In this document: positions 31,404 through 43,594 of the stretch, one piece after another
How the letters are laid out: every line of letters starts with the position of its first letter
Numbering within the stretch: position 1 is the first letter of the stretch
Assembly: GCA_900617105.1 (NCBI GenBank)
Contig: UYFQ01000376.1
Span: 1 to 43,676 of the forward strand
Length of the DNA: 43,676 nt
Source of the DNA: Hydrurus foetidus
Taxonomy: Eukaryota
Reading direction: 5' to 3'
Made by a program: the position numbers and the translations under genes
Notes under the pieces: model-generated
The model's input: only the letters and a program-made list of their open reading frames with translations
Told to the model about the DNA's origin: nothing
Database searches by the model: none

Positions 31404-34400
31404 ATGCCGTTATCCGATGACTCTTCGGAGATATCGCCGTCGCTCGCCGAATTAACTACTCAATTAGTTCCGGCAGCGACGACAGTTTCAACAACTCAGT
31501 CGACACCGACAGCGCCGACAGCAGTAGCTGCGTCTGATGGAACTGATCGACCGGTATTCCCAGTAACAATACTGGGACCTACCAACAGTTCCAATCAGGC
31601 GCCGCCTAATCGTCATAACGACGACGACGACGACGTTCAAACAACGCGACAACATGACAATGTCACGTTGCGTTCGTCAGACGCAAACCGTCAACAGACA
31701 CGCCATAACGGCGACCCTGACCGGGATGATGACGACGGCGATACTAACCCTCGCCGCCGTATAGATTCACCCCCGCAACGATACCTCCGTCGTCAGGGCC
31801 TCGACAGTTACGACAACTCAACTCGTCGGAATAACCCCGTCGACGGAGATGCAACGGGCGACTATCCGCCCACTCAGAATCAACAGAGTGGTAGCGAAGA
31901 CGGTGGTGACGTTAATCGTTACGATAACCGTCAACGCAACGATTCTAACCAGCGTCAATACAATGACGATAATCGAAACAACAACGATTATCGACGTTTT
32001 AATGATGACAATCAAAGTCACAACGACAATCGTCGTAACTACGATGACTCCAACCCTCCCAGGGACAACCGTAATACGGGCCCTTCATACGGTACGGAGC
32101 ACCGTAACGACAATCGTTACGATAACGAGGGACGTCAATATAATGATGATCGCCGCAACGACAATCAACGTCAGAGCGATAATCGTCGTTATAACGACAA
32201 TTACCGTCAGAATGACGACAGTCACGAGTACGACAACGAAGGGCGTCGCGGGTACAACACCCAATTCAATGACGATAACAGACGTCAATACGACGATCGA
32301 CGCAACAGCGACAATCGTCGCAACGACGACAACCCACGTCAGAATGACGGGCGTCGCGATAACGATAATCGTCAACAAGACGACAACCCTAACAGGGATA
32401 ACCGTAGAGACACCTTCCAACGTCTCAACGATAACCCCAAAGGGATAATCGTAATTACGAGGATTCTCGTCGTAATGACAACCCCAACAGGGGGAATTAT
32501 TCTACGAATACTCGCAATTTCGATAATTTTCGCGACGACAACAACGACAACTTCCGTCAGGGAGATAACAACCCCAACAGGAGAAGTCGTCGAGAACCCC
32601 CACAGGGTTACGACGACAGTCCCCCCAGGGACTATCACCAAGGGGACGATCGTCGCCAACAGGATACCTCGAACAGAGGCAATCGTAATACTGACAGTCG
32701 TCAGTACAACGAAAATCAATATGAGGACGAACGTGCGACTGAGAGTCGTACGACTCCACGTGCGTCCATACGCGTGACCGACAACTCTAGATTGCTCGAG
32801 AGTCGCGATACGCGCATCCCCGAAGATGTGGGGACAATAACCCGCACAGCGGATGCTCCTCGCAAACGCGCGTTACCCCCGCAAGAGGGTCCAACGTCAC
32901 GCAAGCGACAAGCCTCCCCACCAGGGTCACCGGAACGTCCTACGTACGTACGTACGTTTACTGGTGACACCGATTATAACCCCCAACCCCAACGAGTCAT
33001 CCAGGAAGTTCCACGGGAAATTCGGGTTCCTACCCCACTTCCCCTGGATCCTCCAGACATCGTGGTGCTACCCGCAACGGATCGCATCATCGATTACGAG
33101 CTGCAAACAGCAGCGTTCCGAGCTGCAGGGGGCGGCCTCGACCCCAATACAGCGCAACCGGTACGACCACCGATACCACGGTACATACATGATCGTACGT
33201 CACCGATCAACGTACCCACGGTACAGGTTGCCACACCCAGTGCGATTCCTACAGCGCTGGTAGTGGGTGGACGTGCTGTGGATGATGGTTCCCGACCTAT
33301 ATCCGCTATTGCACTGCAAACGGTACTTTACGTTCTCAACGTGAATGCGTCCGGCATTATTGGACAGGATGCAGCGCGGGAGTTTTATGAACACTCCCAG
33401 CGCTGGACCAACAACTATGATGTTGGTCAAGTCATCTCGACTAAAGCAGTCAGATGCATTGATGATCAGATCCATACGGATCAAGATTATCCATACTCCG
33501 AGGAGTCACGTAAAGTGTGGCTCCAAACTTTGACGGTCCCTCAAGTTGCGCATTTAGTCCTGCGCTACTTTCGCGCGGACACGCAACTCGGGCAGTCACT
33601 GGCGGAGCACTTCTCCGAAGTACATCTCGCCTTCTGTTACAACAAAAGGGAGATTGAGATGCGCTGCATGACGCAGTTTCGTGAGGTAGTTGAGAATCAT
33701 GTACAAGTACATGGCACACTCAGCACCTCCGACCATGCCGCACTCACTCTTATTTTAGGGAAAAAGATGCCTCTTAACGGTGCCATCACCGCAAAATACA
33801 AAGAGCATAAGCGCGTCAACCCGCATGACGTGGACGATTGGGAATTCGCGATGCGTCGCTTTTTCTCCCAAGTCAATGCGGTACGACAGCTCCAGCTACA
33901 CGTAGCGGCTTTCGGGGACCCCAACGACATTTACTGTCACTCCGCGAGGCAAAATCCATACGGGTTATCTCTCACGACTGACCTTAAAACCCTGTTGGTT
34001 GGTGCGGCACTCCCAGCATTACCACCGCTGGCACTGCCAACAACACCATTACCGCAGTGTAACTCGTGTGGACACATGGACCATCTGCTTAAGAGTTGCC
34101 CACACATGTGGATGGTGGACTCAAACACCAACCACAATGTCCCGTGGGACCACTCCAACATGGGTCGCACGTGGGCACAGTACGGTCACGCGACCTATCC
34201 TCTCCACGACCGCATCCCTGGTCTGGGCTGCTTCAAAATTCAGATACCCCGTCGTGAAACAAACTTTACTGACGAGGTACTGAATAAAGCCCACCCCCCA
34301 GGAGGTGGTCATAAGAAAAAATACCAAGGGAACCCCAATCATGGGGGGAACTTTAACCGGAGCGCCACCAACAAACCGCGATACGCTTCGGGTGGACAAA

Positions 34401-37400
34401 ACACCACGTTGGCCAACAACACCTCCATCAACGCAGCCAACAGTGGCCTACCACTCCCAGCCCCATACGATGGTACGTTAACTCATACCACGGTGGTGGA
34501 TGCATTGGTAGTGGCGATGCATGCGGCTGACACATGTAGCCCTACCGATACACCACCATCTTTATGTATACTCAACTCTGATATACTCATAACTGATGCA
34601 TTGGAGGTCTCAACCCCTTCCAATGCTATCTCGGATAACATTAACGATGTTCTCCCCACATGTCTTCACGTGTTACAGCCACACCATACCTCCCTGCCGC
34701 TAATCTCGGAGGTGCTGGCGGCATGCCATAACCAGACCGACATGTCGGAAATACCGCTCATAGGTACGTTACCGCCTGACTCGATTGTAGCAGCGGTACA
34801 TTCAACAAATCCTAATGAACTTCTCTCATTATTGGTGTTCAAGGATGAACGAAGAACCTTGCAGGGACACGCCCCCACCACAGTCGCGTCAGCACCCCAG
34901 TCCACAGGACTTAGTCTTACAGCGAACGCGCTCCTAGACACGGGTAGCATGGCCGGCGATTTTGTTTCCAAATCACTGCTTGTCTCACTCGATGCACTTG
35001 CTCATTGTTATGTGTCTTCAACCGCACTTAATGTTTGTAGCGGTCTCGATGGCACTTGTTATAGGTGTAATACCTTAGTCGATTTAGGCCTTACTTTTCT
35101 CGATGATAGTAATATTAAGCACACTATCTATATCACTTTTAGTGTTAATCCTTTTTCACAACTGGATCTGATCATCGGACGCAAGTCCCTGAATCAACAC
35201 AACTTGTTTGTGCTGACACCGACACGTATGGGCTTTGACCCCACGTTAGTCGAAACGTCACATAGCCCGGATGACATCGGTCTACTTCCCTTAAGGGCAG
35301 AGTCCGACATCGGTACAGATTCACATACCGACGTCTGTTGTCATCATAGTGACGCTGTCGGATCGCGTAGTCCTTGTACACAGTGTCGCCTAATTACCGA
35401 CACTGCTGACAATGGAGACGAAGGTCACTCGAGCACCCACCGTATTCCAACAGTGGGAGAAGAGTGGGGTCCATCTGCGCTATGGACGGGCAGTGGTCTT
35501 AACCGCCCCCCTTCTGAGACCGGGACGAGAGTGAACACAGTAACACTTAACGCCGCGAGCGTTTTGCCGTGCGGAATCAATCTCAATGGAGATGAGATTG
35601 ATGATGACAAAACGGATGCGTTCGGTCCGTTTCTTTCTGCATTGATGAAAGACCCTACCCCAACAGGTAGGGCGAACGATGTCATCTCGACAATCACCTT
35701 TGGTGGGTCGGACGCTCTGCAAACAGCATGCAGAGCATTATGTACCGAATTTATTGACATCTTTCAAGATGAGGTGGCCCGTGAACCGGCCCGAATACCT
35801 CCTTTTGATATTGATCATAAGGCGGCACAATGGGAAGTACCTGGTAACAGGACCCCGCTCCGCCCCCAATCCTCACAGAAGGAGGAGGCGATTCACAATA
35901 ACCTTCAGGATCTGATACGGATCGGGGTGGTTGAGAAGTCTAATGCGGTATACTACAGTCACCCTGTAGTAGTACAGAAGTCACCCGGACAATACCGTGT
36001 ATGTATTGACTTCCGGCCACTTAATAACTGTACGGAGTCGGCCAGTTGGCCGCTCCCAAACATTCCAGCAATGTTTGAACGCATTGGCGCTCGTCAACCT
36101 GACATCTTTGGGGTTATGGACTTAACGTCCGGCTACCATCAAGCACCCCTTACGGCATCAGCCAAAATCCTGACTGCATTCATATGCTTCTCTGGAATTT
36201 ATCAATTCACTCGATTGCCTTTCGGCCTCAAACGTGCCCCATCATACTTCCAGGAGATGATGGCCACGGTTGTCCTTGCGGGCCTTTTATATGTAACATG
36301 TGAGATGTATCTCGATGATTGCATTGTATTTGGTAATGGGCCTGACGAGTTTCTGCAGAGACTTCGTGATGTCTTCATCCGTTTTCGAGAAAAGAATTTA
36401 TTCTTGAAAGCTAAGAAATGTAAGTTCGGAGTTACACGCCTCGAATACGTCGGACGTGTGATCTCCAAAGAGGGGTTATCTATGTCGGCTGAGAAAATAA
36501 AATCTGTTTTAGATTTTCCTCGCCCTAAAACCGTCACTGCCCTTAGGGGATTTCTCGGTTTGGCGAACTATTTTAGAGGTTTCGTACCAAACCACTCCAA
36601 CATAGTGGCACCGTTACATAAAATGACGGTGTCTACAACTCATAAACATTCCAGAGTAACCTGGAATGCTGAAACCATTAAAGCGTTTCAAGACATTAGG
36701 CAGGCAATCTCTCAATGCCCCCTGATGCACTTCATTGATAATGTATCACCAATACATTTATACACCGACGCATCTGATTATGGTGTAGGCGGTGTATTGT
36801 TCCAAAAGGTTGGAGATGAAATGAAACCCATTTCATTTGTGAGTAAGTCACTCACCTTCTCACAGTTGAACTGGTCAACAATCCAGAAAGAAGCTTATGC
36901 TATCTACTTGTGTTGTACAAAACTTGATCCACTATTACGTGATCGCAAATTTACGATTCATACAGATCATAAAAATCTGACGTACATGAAATCCTCCCCT
37001 AACTCGATGGTAGGGAGATGGTCCATGGCTCTACAAGAGCTCGATTACACTATCGCATACGTGCGAGGGTCTGAGAACACGGTCGCGGACGCTATGTCTC
37101 GCCTCTGTGCTAATCTCTCCGACCTTGTCATCAAGGTTCAACCAGCCACCACTGGCACAGAACCAGATAACTTGCCGGGCCCGTTTTGCGGCGCCCTCAA
37201 GGTCATACCAGAAATGACTGATACGCAGCGCGACGCACTCAACATGTGCCACAACAAGTTTGTCGGACACGGAGGCGTTAAACGCACCGTAGAAAAGCTT
37301 TTAGGCTTACCCATTGAGTGGGAACACATGGTTCAGCACACCCACTTGTTTATACAACAATGTGCGTGCTGCCAGAAGATGAACGCTACACGCGTACCGA

Positions 37401-38074
37401 TACGTGTACACAAGTACGTTACTTCTGCGTACAAACCTTTCCATGTATTGAACATCGATTTCATCGGACCCTTCCCCGATGCCTCACACGTTCTTGTCAT
37501 CATCTGTGCTTTTACACGATGGACAGAACTATTTTGGTGTGCTGATAATACGGCCAAATCGGCTACCGATTGCCTTCTCCAACACTTTGGAAGATACGGT
37601 GCACCCCAAATGATCAGATCTGATCGGGGTTCACATTTTGCTAACGAATTGATCAAACAATTCCTAGTGTCAACGGGTACACCCCACAACCTGACACTAG
37701 CATACTCTAAACAAGAGAATGCTATAGTTGAACGAGTTAATAAAGAAATTAACCGGTACTTACGTTCGTTCCTGTATGATACAAACGACGTGTACCAGTA
37801 CAAAAACTGCTTACCGTTTATACAGCGCATTTTGAATTCTTCAATTCACAGCAGTACCAATGCCTCCCCAGCAAGTTTATTGTTTGGTAACCAAATCAAT
37901 CTTGATTCTGGAATACTGTCGCCCTTCCCACAATTACCGGAAGTGGAAACTTCCGCATCTAAAGCGGTCTGTGAGATGTATCACATCCAGGACACCCTGA
38001 TTGCTCAAGCACAAACTGCTTTGCGCACAATGGACGCGGCTCATATTTACACCTTCACGGCATGTCGAAAATAA
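31404..38074 (+). pseudogene. Gypsy-E gag-pol polyprotein with a single 1-nt frameshift at ~32440
   Basis: ATG 31404; N/D/R/Q-rich N-terminus continues into the frame of ORF 32774-38074; knuckle CNSCGHMDHLLKSC, protease LLDTGS, RT DLTSGYHQ/LPFGL/YLDD, RNase H TDASD, integrase HHCC and IDF/SDRG/VER. Confidence 0.93.
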
Positions 38075-38400
38075 TTCCGACAGAAAAGTAAGTTCCCAAG
38101 GAACTACCTACACATTATCTTTTGAAGATTCCTCCTCATTTTTACAACGTTACGTTGCTTTTCAGGAGGTTTAGTCAGTAAAAATCTGACATAAATGTGT
38201 AGGGGAACACTTAGATACAACACATCTAGGCACTCTCGTCTCTCACTTCCCCCTTCTCTCACATGTACAAATATCTGTATTCATCGTACGTGTTTATTTC
38301 TGTATTTCTGTATTTTTTTTTATATCCTTTTCTGCATTTTTCTTTCTCGCGCTTGAGTCGTATTTGTTTTGTCACACATTGTAGCTAGAGACTCAACATT

Positions 38401-38421
38401 AGAGAGAGAGAGAGAGAGAGA
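38401..38421. repeat. (AG)n microsatellite
   Basis: About 10 AG units in the Gypsy-E 3' UTR. Confidence 0.9.
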
Positions 38422-38451
38422 AATGAGAAAACGAGAGATAAGTAGGGGTAG

Positions 38452-38659
38452 TGTGGCTCCCTCAGGATCTGCTACCCCATTCAGCCGATTAGATGCTGTT
38501 TCCACCTTAGTACCTTCGTGTTCACAGCCACGACTATCAGTCACTAGCTAGTTTGTGCTGCTTTGCAGAAGTTACTAGCGTACCTTCTGTTTGCATCCCT
38601 AACTAACAAGCTCCTTTTAGCCTTTAGACCTCCCTTCTCTTTTGCCTTCCAAGGTCACA
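38452..38659 (+). repeat. Gypsy-E 3' LTR
   Basis: Preceded by PPT-like GAGAGATAAGTAGGGGTAG, followed by TSD ATGC. Confidence 0.9.
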
Positions 38660-39207
38660 ATGCTAAAATCAATACTGCCCTTAGTACATGCATTATCAAA
38701 CAATCTCAATCCATTTTCGTCATTACGAATACTACATGCATGATCTTTACGACTCAATCCCTTGGCCACCTTGCTGAAAATCTCAAGTTCTTCACCCATG
38801 CAATCTGCTTTCTTCATCCTCTTGATAAGCGCCTCGTGATACCGGTTCAACCGCTTTGCTTTGCCGAATATCACATAAATTCCCCTCCTTCTTCCTACTG
38901 TCTTCATCAACGACTGAACGTTCCAATGGCGGCTCTTGTCGTGTCTTCCTACAACCCTCCTGAACTCAAACTTCAACTTTATCCCCAGTTCTCGATTCCC
39001 AGCACACACATACTTCAGAAAACCAACTGCGTCTTCCACCGATGCGCCGTAGTGAAGCTTATGATCAACAGACAAACCCGCAGATTCCTTGAAGACATCG
39101 CCCGCATCGCCACTCAGTCGCATCCACCCCTGCTGCTGCGCAGACAGTGGCAAAACCATCGCAGCAGCCATGCACAAGTTTTTCGACAGCTGGAACTCGT
39201 CCTTCAT
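38660..39207 (-). pseudogene. N-terminal piece of the Gypsy-D antisense accessory ORF, putative papain-fold cysteine peptidase
   Basis: First ATG 39207: MKDEFQLSKNLCMAAAM...KDHACSIRNDENGLRLFDN; lies between pol and the 3' LTR and is interrupted by Gypsy-E. The functional call rests on motif spacing only. Confidence 0.55.
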
Positions 39208-39583
39208 GATGCTGTGTATTTGAGTTGTGAATATCCTAACGATTCGTTCAGTATGTGGTATGTGGTGTATAGTCGAGTATTTCGCGACTCGACTTTTTCC
39301 CTTCCTGAAAAAACCATTTTGCAGCCACGTCACAATTTTTCCGGCGCCCTAAAAAGTGGCATGACAAATGTTCTTTTTGCATTGGTCTGTTGGGAGAGCA
39401 CGAGACTCACAACGCCCAAGGCCGTGAGTCCGAACCCTGCACAGCTCACACCCATGTTTTTTAAATTCACATCATTTAGCTTCTCTAGCGATACCCTGTA
39501 ATTGATGAACTCACTGAGATTTAGTTAATACAGCGTATTTATTTTTTTGCCATTGTAATACATTTCATCCGGAAAGGGGGTGG

Positions 39584-39908
39584 TGTTATATTCGTTACTT
39601 CATATCAATCACACGTATGTACATACACAACGCACGTCACTCGTAGCCACTAGTTTTTCGGACCAGTTTTCGGTTTCTGACTGTTCGACAACTTCAACTC
39701 GAGACATACTCCATCGTAGCTAATCTCACACTCCTTTCACATCTTATTAACTAACGTTACTGAAAACCCAAAACCAACTTCGACTCCTTTGAGTCAGCCA
39801 AATCCCTTGCTCAGTCCAATTCGTCTGACAAGATCCCCAGTTGCACCAATCTGCCCAACTGGAAAATTCACGTTTCATCTTCGACCAGTTCGTCGAAGCC
39901 GTGACACA
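39584..39908 (+). repeat. Gypsy-D 3' LTR
   Basis: Direct repeat of 18156-18480, preceded by PPT. Confidence 0.92.
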
Positions 39909-39914
39909 GCATAA

Positions 39915-42900
39915 AAGGACATATCTCGTAGCGAGGGTCGCTTTTACAGCTGTGACTGGCGTGAAGTCATCGGCGATACGGCAATGGTAGCGACAATTGA
40001 AAACAACGCCAAAGCCTTCACCAAGCGTGAGATCGAGCAGGCACGGAAGGCGCGTGAACTCTTAGCTCGCATGGGATTTCCTACGGTGGTACAGGCGATG
40101 GGAATAATCAATTCGGGAAGCAACTTCGAAGTGACAGCACGTGATTTCCAGATAGCCGATGCAATCTGGGGAGCAGACATTGCTTCGCTGAAAGGGAAGA
40201 CAACGAAGAGAGCTATGGCAGTAGCAGACATCACTGTGAACGCAAAGATTGCTCAACAAAATCAGGTGCTCGCGATTGATATTATGTTTATCGACAAACT
40301 TGCTACGCTAATTGGGGTGGCTACTCCGCTAGGGTGACTATGGCCTATAGCCTGAACGATCTGGACATGAAGAAGTCGGTTAGAGCAGCGGCCAACATCA
40401 AGAAAGGAATCGACCACTTTGTCGCAATGCTAGCATCGCAGAACTTCATGACTGCGATGATCATGAGCGACGGTGAGCGGGTAGTAACGAGCATCATTAC
40501 TGAACTGGAAGCGATTGGTATCGAGGTGGACATCAGCGGCGCTGGGGGCCACGTTGCTAGGATTGAAAAGCGCATTAGGGTAATTAAAGAACGATTACGA
40601 TCTTATGTCGCATATCACTTACCTTTTGCCCTATCGAGTATGGGGATCGCCATGTGTATATTGTAATGCGTGTCAAGACTCAATTACGAACCGGCCGGAG
40701 TACGGGATTCAGGCCCTAGCCTAAGAGAGGCTTCTATCGGGCGTAAAGCTGATGGAAACAGAGACTTCAGATATTCCTTCGGCGATTATGCGCAATGCAC
40801 AGTACCCACCATCGACAACACATTAAAAGGCAGGACTGAAGATTGTGTGGTGATGCTACCGTTGGGAGACCGTACCGAAACAGTATGTATGATGTCACTC
40901 ACCACAGGGCGTCTGGTGAATCGCGATCAGTTTAAAATACTCCCGATGCCGCTGTCTGTTATTAAGAGGATGAATGAGCTTGCACTGAAAGATGGGAGAT
41001 TGAAGAGGAAAGGCGAGCTAGCCCGACCACCAACGACATACGATATGCAAAGCAACGTGGGTAGCAGTCTACCAGATATTATCGAGACTGTCACACACAA
41101 CGGGATCGACCCATCAATGATGCTCAGGAGTGACGAAGACGAACCCAACTCAGCGATCAACAGCGTGCCATGCAATGAATACGAAGGGAAGGGGGGGGTG
41201 AGCGACATAGAGATGCAAGTCAACGACACTGACTATGCAGATGACGCTATCCCCGTATTCATTCCACAAGGTAAGCCGAAGGCTGTAGACATGAACGACT
41301 TGATACAGAGCTTTGGAGGACTTGGGTCAGGGTGATACGACGATGAGGGCATCGGCGGGATGGGCGAGCTATACGGTGCAACGACGAGTGCGGCGGTGAG
41401 CGGTGATAACACTCATGAACCGTATAGCAGTACAGCAGCAGTCGAATCGAGCGAAACCGAGGATGAACGGCATGACAACTCGCTCAAACCGAGGCGTGAG
41501 AACATCATGCAGTTTTTTCGCAAGGGAGTGGACGGCGGTGCGTTACTGACAAGGTTCTATACAGAGCAAAGAGTGGACTGGACTGACCATGTTTTCAACA
41601 TCTCACTTAACGAAGCATTACGCACTCGTGGAAAGAACGCTGAAAGCGTTATTGAAAAAGAACTTGGGCAGATGCTGATCAAGAAAGTCTGGACACCTGT
41701 AGACGTGAAGTCGCTCTCATACGAGGAGAAGGGAAGGATTATTCGGTCCAGCATATTTCTCAAAGAGAAATTCCTCGCCAGCGGGGAATTCGAGAAACTT
41801 AAGGCTCGACTCGTGGCGGGCGGTGATTAGCAGGACAAGTCACTCTATGATGACCTGTCAGCACCAACAGTCGGGACGAGCTTGGTGTTTACAATGCTCA
41901 GCATTGCAGCGCTAGAGGGCAGGAGTGCATCAGTCATTGACATCGGGGGAGCATTCTTGAACGCGGATATGGATACTGGTCTGCCCGTGCATATGCGCTT
42001 AGACAGGAACATGTCTCGAATGATGACGAAGCTGGCGCCGGGATACGAACGGTACACCGATGCTAAGGGATGTGTGGTGGTGAAGTTAGATAAAGCGCTG
42101 TACGGGTGCGTAGAGTCAGCTGCACTTTGGTATGAGAATTTGAGAGCAAGCTTCTCGAATCTGGGATATGCGTCTAACATGTACGACGTCTGCGTGTTCA
42201 ACAGACGCAACCAACACAGTGTACAGTGCACTGTGGCGATTCACGTCGATGATCTACTAATCACCAGCGCGTGTCCACTTATGATTGAAGATTTGGCAGC
42301 CGGTCTGACAAAGAGATATGGAGAAATCACGAGGAAGAACGGACCGGTAGTGAACTACTTGGGCATGGTATTCGATCTGGATACACTAGGCGAAGCCAAA
42401 GTGACGATGACAGGGTTCGTAGACGACATGCTGAAGGAGTGTGGCATTACGGGAAGAGCTCGTACACCGGCCACGGAAGGATTGTTCGATGTCAACCGAA
42501 CATTCACTCCGCTACTGAGCAGGAGAGAGTGATATTTCACAGAAGTGTTGCGAAGATGCTATATCTAGCAAAGAGAGCGAGACCAGACTGCCTTACCGCA
42601 GTGTCGTTCCTGGCGACGAGAGTGAATCGGTGCACCACAGATGACCTTACCAAACTGCAGCGACTGATGCGATACGTGTGTGCGACCAGGGAGAGAGGAG
42701 TTGTATTTTCACCTGGGAAGTCCGGAATTGAGGTGAGTGTGCTGATAGACGCGGCATACGGGGTGCACCCCGACGGAAAGTCACACACGGGCAGTTGCGT
42801 AGTCATCGGAGAGCTAGGAGCAGTGCACTGTAAGTCATCGAAGCAGCAGATCGTGACGAAGTCAAGTACGGAGGCAGAGTTGGTAGCACTTTCAGATTCT

Positions 42901-43212
42901 GCAAACCAAGCCCTACACATTAGGAACTTCGTGCTGGCACAGGGACACCCATGTGGGGCTGTCACCATATACCAGGACAACATGTCATGCATGGCACTGA
43001 TAGATCGAGGGCGGTCAGCGGCGGAGCGCACCAGACACATCTCTATCAGATACTTCTGGGTGAAGGAGCGTGTAGACACAGGGGAGGCGCGAGTGCAACA
43101 TCTAGGGACAAAGAAAATGTATGCAAACCTACTAACTAAACCACTTCAAGGGTTGCAATTCCAAGAAGAGAGAAAAGGGATTACGGGTTGGAGCGATGCG
43201 ATAGTAGTTTAG
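39915..43212 (+). pseudogene. pol: Copia-C integrase, RT and RNase H (stops/frameshifts)
   Basis: AIDIMF, MSDGE, HVARIE (DDE); LKARLVAGG, DIGGAFL, LYGC, HVDD; IDAAYGVH, SSTEAE, QDN, ANLLTKPL. Confidence 0.93.
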
Positions 43213-43279
43213 ACATCTATGCAAAATTAAATACATACTGAACTCCACGTGTGACATATGTGTAAGTGCCATAGGGGCG

Positions 43280-43584
43280 AGTTGATATATCTGAGTATAT
43301 GACACGTACACAATGCGTGTACTTATGATTTGCGTACGAGCGTACGGTTTAGTGCATGTGCGTCGGTCTATTGGATCTGCGCACACCGCAAGTGCAATTG
43401 TAGATGTGGTACCGATCATATGTATTTGAATGGACCCGTTGCTACTTTGGAGGAAGAAGCACAGTATAATTAACAAGTGACAACTGATACGATAGATCTT
43501 ATATCACGAGCCTTGACAATCTCGAACTCACGCCGCTGTGCCCACCGTACTCCTGTCGGCCACCAGACCCCAGATTCGTCAACA
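43280..43584 (+). repeat. Copia-C 3' LTR (305 bp)
   Basis: Matches 16362-16646; first base T>A; followed by TSD ATCTC. Confidence 0.95.
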
Positions 43585-43589
43585 ATCTC

Positions 43590-43594
43590 CAACA
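43590..43594 (-). repeat. Terminal 5 bp (TGTTG) of the Copia-A 5' LTR
   Basis: Removing Copia-B and -C gives minus-strand TGTTG-GAGAT-ATCTTAGTTTATGAC, a proper LTR start aligning with Copia-C TGTTGATATATCTGAG and Copia-B TGTTGGAG. Confidence 0.8.

Larger units (their letters stand above)
30053..38659 (+). mobile_element. Gypsy-E LTR retrotransposon, young and nearly intact
   Basis: 208-bp LTRs 30053-30260 and 38452-38659 (one mismatch seen), TSD ATGC at 30049-30052 and 38660-38663, purine tract before 38452, long gag-pol ORF. Confidence 0.92.
18156..39908 (+). mobile_element. Gypsy-D: Ty3/Gypsy chromodomain LTR retrotransposon with two nested insertions
   Basis: LTRs 18156-~18480 and 39584-~39908, PPT GGAAAGGGGG at 39571-39580; gag-PR-RT-RH-INT-chromo order. 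TSD is degenerate, so the right boundary is uncertain by a few nt. Confidence 0.92.
16362..43584 (+). mobile_element. Copia-C LTR retrotransposon, interrupted by Gypsy-D
   Basis: LTRs 16362-16646 and 43280-43584; PPT AGGGGCG 43273-43279; TSD ATCTC at 16357-16361 and 43585-43589; reading NIYRIGRK|DISRSEGRFY joins across the Gypsy-D insertion and aligns with Copia-B NIYSFCRQSIPGSEGRFY. Confidence 0.95.

Noticed and set aside
32431..32445. Programmed -1 frameshift at CCCCAAAGGG
   Set aside because: Not an in-phase X XXY YYZ heptamer, and it lies within gag; neighbouring repeats read AACCC(C/T)AACAGG, so a single C loss (mutation or sequencing error) explains it.
31818..32759. Thr/Ile/Val-rich ORFs (31849-32448, 32085-32420, 32372-32719)
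   Set aside because: Alternate-frame and antisense shadows of the low-complexity gag repeat.
38563..39501. 312-aa plus-strand ORF as an env-like gene
   Set aside because: It starts inside the Gypsy-E LTR, crosses an insertion junction and shows no convincing env features; likely a shadow of the minus-strand ORF.
2741..41830. TAA/TAG reassigned to Gln: in-frame stops at probable Gln positions (2741, 17961, 41828)
   Set aside because: CAR>TAR is a common nonsense transition in decaying elements; long intact ORFs (813 and 1766 aa) contain no in-frame TAR, and TAA ends pol right after the chromodomain (29797).
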